Shown one piece after another: positions 62,336 to 64,000 of a stretch of 64,000 bases of DNA (the stretch's first letter is position 1; every line of letters begins with the position of its first letter). The position numbers and the translations under genes are program-made. The DNA is from Pseudomonadota bacterium (GTDB lineage Bacteria > Desulfobacterota > Desulfobulbia > Desulfobulbales > SURF-16): positions 56,357 to 120,356 of the forward strand of contig JAHILF010000106.1 in the NCBI GenBank assembly GCA_018897105.1. Reading direction: 5' to 3'. The notes below the pieces were generated by a model. That model was not told where the DNA came from, ran no database searches, and saw only the letters and a list, made by a program, of their open reading frames with translations.

Positions 62336-63154
62336 ATGGCAGATTGGTTTGGATCGGTTCAGGAGCTTATTGCGATATCCGGCATCAATATGCTGGCCGC
62401 GCTGGCAATCTTTATGGTTGGAAAATGGGGCGCAAGATTTTTCCAGCATCTGTCTGAAAAACTCATGACCAGAAGCAAGGTGGAACCCACCCTGGTGAAG
62501 TTTGCCGGCAATCTGATTTATTTTGCCCTCTTGACCTTTGTCATTCTTGCCGCCTTGGGCCAGATAGGCATCCAAACCACTTCATTCATTGCCGTGATCG
62601 GCGCCGCAGGCTTAGCCGTCGGCCTTGCCCTACAGGGTTCTTTGTCCAATTTTGCCGCAGGCGTGCTTCTCATCCTGTTCCGTCCCTTTAAAAAAGGCGA
62701 TTATATTGAGTCAGCCGGTACGGCAGGGACCGTTGAGGAGATTCAGATATTCACCACCATGCTTGTCACCCCTGATAATAAATTGATCATTGTGCCGAAT
62801 TCAAAAGTCATTGGCGATAATATTGTCAACATCTCCGCCAAACCGACCAGAAGGGTGGATTTCGTCTTCGGGGTCGGCTATACGGATGACATCGACAAGG
62901 TAAAGACAGTGATCCTGCAGGTGCTGGCGGAAGACCAGCGGGTTCTCCAGGATCCGGAAGTATTTGTCGGAGTTCTTGCCCTGGCTGACAGCAGCGTTAA
63001 TTTTGCCGTGCGGGCCTGGGTGAATGCAGCTGACTACTGGGCAGTGTTTTTCGACACCAATGAAAAGATGAAAAAACGCTTTGATAGCGAAGGGATCAGC
63101 ATTCCCTTTCCCCAGCGGGATATTCATCTTTTTGCTGAAAAAGAAACTGCATAA
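62336..63154 (+). CDS. Small-conductance mechanosensitive channel (MscS family)
   Basis: Three N-terminal TM helices are present. The pore helix and beta-domain pattern reads GAAGLAVGLALQGSLSNFAAGVLLILFRPFKKGDYIE, followed by PNSKVIGDNIVN. Confidence 0.9.
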   Translation: MADWFGSVQELIAISGINMLAALAIFMVGKWGARFFQHLSEKLMTRSKVEPTLVKFAGNLIYFALLTFVILAALGQIGIQTTSFIAVIGAAGLAVGLALQGSLSNFAAGVLLILFRPFKKGDYIESAGTAGTVEEIQIFTTMLVTPDNKLIIVPNSKVIGDNIVNISAKPTRRVDFVFGVGYTDDIDKVKTVILQVLAEDQRVLQDPEVFVGVLALADSSVNFAVRAWVNAADYWAVFFDTNEKMKKRFDSEGISIPFPQRDIHLFAEKETA

Positions 63155-63186
63155 CAGGTTGTGGAAAAAGGAAGCGAGTATCCTAA

Positions 63187-63329
63187 GGGTATAAAACTCT
63201 GCTGAGCCAAAGGTTTATGCCCTTCAGGTATAAACTGAGACGACTCGAAGCAAAGAGTCGAGAACCGCGGATAAGCCGGCCCGCCGGGCGAGAGTTGCCC
63301 TGCGATGAGTAAAAAACGCAGTTTATACC
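63187..63329. other. Nested inverted-repeat region (candidate structured RNA or repeated protein-binding palindromes)
   Basis: - Hairpin 1: GGGTATAAAAC (63187-63197) with GTTTATGCCC (63213-63222).
- Hairpin 2: GGTATAAACTG (63227-63237) with CAGTTTATACC (63319-63329), a perfect 11 bp.
- Hairpin 2 encloses the inner stems CGACTC/GAGTCG (63241-63260) and CTGCG/CGCAG. Confidence 0.35.
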
Positions 63330-63562
63330 GAGTAAATGAGCATTTCGAAGCGAATTTTGCTATAGTATCACCAAGTGCAATAATTTTTCAACAGCCAGTT
63401 AAGCCGGCAACGCCATTTATTTGCCGCTGTCGGCGATCATTTTGCTTAAAATGGCCCGCTGTCAGTCTTGAAAGCCGGCCTTTTTTGTGCCGTGGTATCT
63501 GCCGCAATGAAAATCAAATAATAAAGTTTGCCAGTTGAGTCGGAACGTAAAGGAGACATCTT

Positions 63563-64000
63563 TTGACAATTAACAAGGAATTAACAGCCGGGGATGATAT
63601 CGATTCCCGCTGTCTGAAGTGTAAGCAAGTCACCAACCATACCATCGCGGCCATGGTGGGAAGCAAGGTGGCCAAGGTACAGTGCAATGTCTGCCGGGCG
63701 GTGCATAATTATCGTCCGGTGCAGGTTGAAAAAAAGACCACCCTGCGGCGAAGTGGAGAAAAAAGCGGGCAGCCCGTTAAAACACCTCGAATATCCAAGG
63801 AGTTAAAGGCTGAAAATAATTTCCTGGAATTGCTCGGAGGCAGAGATCCGATTGCGGCTGTGCGCTATGCCATGACCAAAAGTTTTGCAGAGGATGATCT
63901 CGTTAATCATCCTTTTTTCGGGATAGGGCTGGTAACCAGGGTGATTCCCCCCAACAAGATCGATGTGGTTTTCAAAGAGGGAAGCAAGATTCTCATCTGT
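63563..64000 (+). CDS. Zinc-ribbon protein, 3' end outside the window (C-terminal part DUF3553/Tudor-like)
   Basis: An AAGGAG RBS at 63550-63555 lies 7 nt before the TTG at 63563. The frame is open to the window end (146 codons, my own translation). CLKCKQ...CNVCRA is a zinc ribbon. HPFFGIGLVTRVIPPNKIDVVFKEGSKIL resembles the DUF3553 pattern. It is absent from the ORF track because it has no stop. Confidence 0.6.
   Translation, partial: MTINKELTAGDDIDSRCLKCKQVTNHTIAAMVGSKVAKVQCNVCRAVHNYRPVQVEKKTTLRRSGEKSGQPVKTPRISKELKAENNFLELLGGRDPIAAVRYAMTKSFAEDDLVNHPFFGIGLVTRVIPPNKIDVVFKEGSKILIC

Noticed and set aside
63181-63300. The sequences CTAAGGGT ... CGCGGATAAGCCGG...CGGGCGAGAG resemble guanidine-I (ykkC) riboswitch elements as I remember them.
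   Set aside because: Only fragments match, spacing and order are not convincing, and the downstream gene is not a guanidine-related transporter or carboxylase. This needs cmscan and cannot be claimed by eye.
63227-63329. The 11-bp flanking inverted repeat with internal stems suggested a retron msr/msd or a MITE.
   Set aside because: No reverse transcriptase gene is nearby, I could see no target-site duplication, and there is no second copy in the window. It is kept only as an unclassified structured region.
63305-63538. A 77-aa plus-strand ORF lies in the MscS to zinc-ribbon spacer.
   Set aside because: It has no RBS and a Cys/Arg/Phe-rich composition. It overlaps the palindromic region and is judged non-coding.

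Overview
The window is dense, mostly core bacterial chromosome. About 50 protein genes can be supported. Gene content suggests an anaerobic Desulfobacterota or deltaproteobacterium-like organism; this is inference from the hyp maturation genes, MetF/MetV-type MTHFRs, very dense PAS/GGDEF/histidine-kinase signalling and GTAGGGGCG-type palindromes. I recognised no rRNA, tRNA, CRISPR array, transposase or integrase. Gene blocks in order:
- 1-2.7 kb: TRAP transporter genes with an inserted PilZ gene.
- 2.8-5.3 kb: an atypical soluble ClpB-D2-like/FtsH-like AAA-M41 protease.
- 5.9-10.2 kb: a cNMP-binding protein, a membrane-anchored E2/UBC-like protein and a GGDEF cyclase.
- 10.9-15 kb: a chemoreceptor with a CxxCH sensor, and a B12-radical SAM/FKBP/TPR fusion.
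- 15.5-19.3 kb: an AcuC/AcuB/GNAT-type acetylation module.
- 19.5-29 kb: GGDEF, histidine kinase, REC-TPR and hybrid kinase genes plus a cold-shock gene.
- 29-35 kb: a minus-strand Ser/Thr kinase, hydrolase, GDPD and MFS operon, divergent from a CsgG-like/SH3 lipoprotein.
- 35-43.7 kb: radical SAM, CBS, two MTHFR fusion paralogues, a response regulator with a 4-Cys tail, an M48 peptidase and a methyltransferase.
- 45.3-51.2 kb: an AT-richer three-gene islet.
- 51.4-59.7 kb: heptosyltransferase, hypFCDE, a hydrogenase-protease remnant, hypAB and aat.
- 59.8-64 kb: hsp20, a PAS kinase, MscS, a structured intergenic region and a partial zinc-ribbon gene.
The best candidate for a novel system is the 45.3-51.2 kb islet. 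It encodes a 1,342-aa protein with an XRE-HTH, an Mrr-like nuclease, a STAND P-loop NTPase and helical repeats (Avs-like architecture). Next to it is an XRE-ImmA/IrrE plus PIN-like pair. All calls rest on motif recognition by eye in the supplied translations and sequence. No database search was run.
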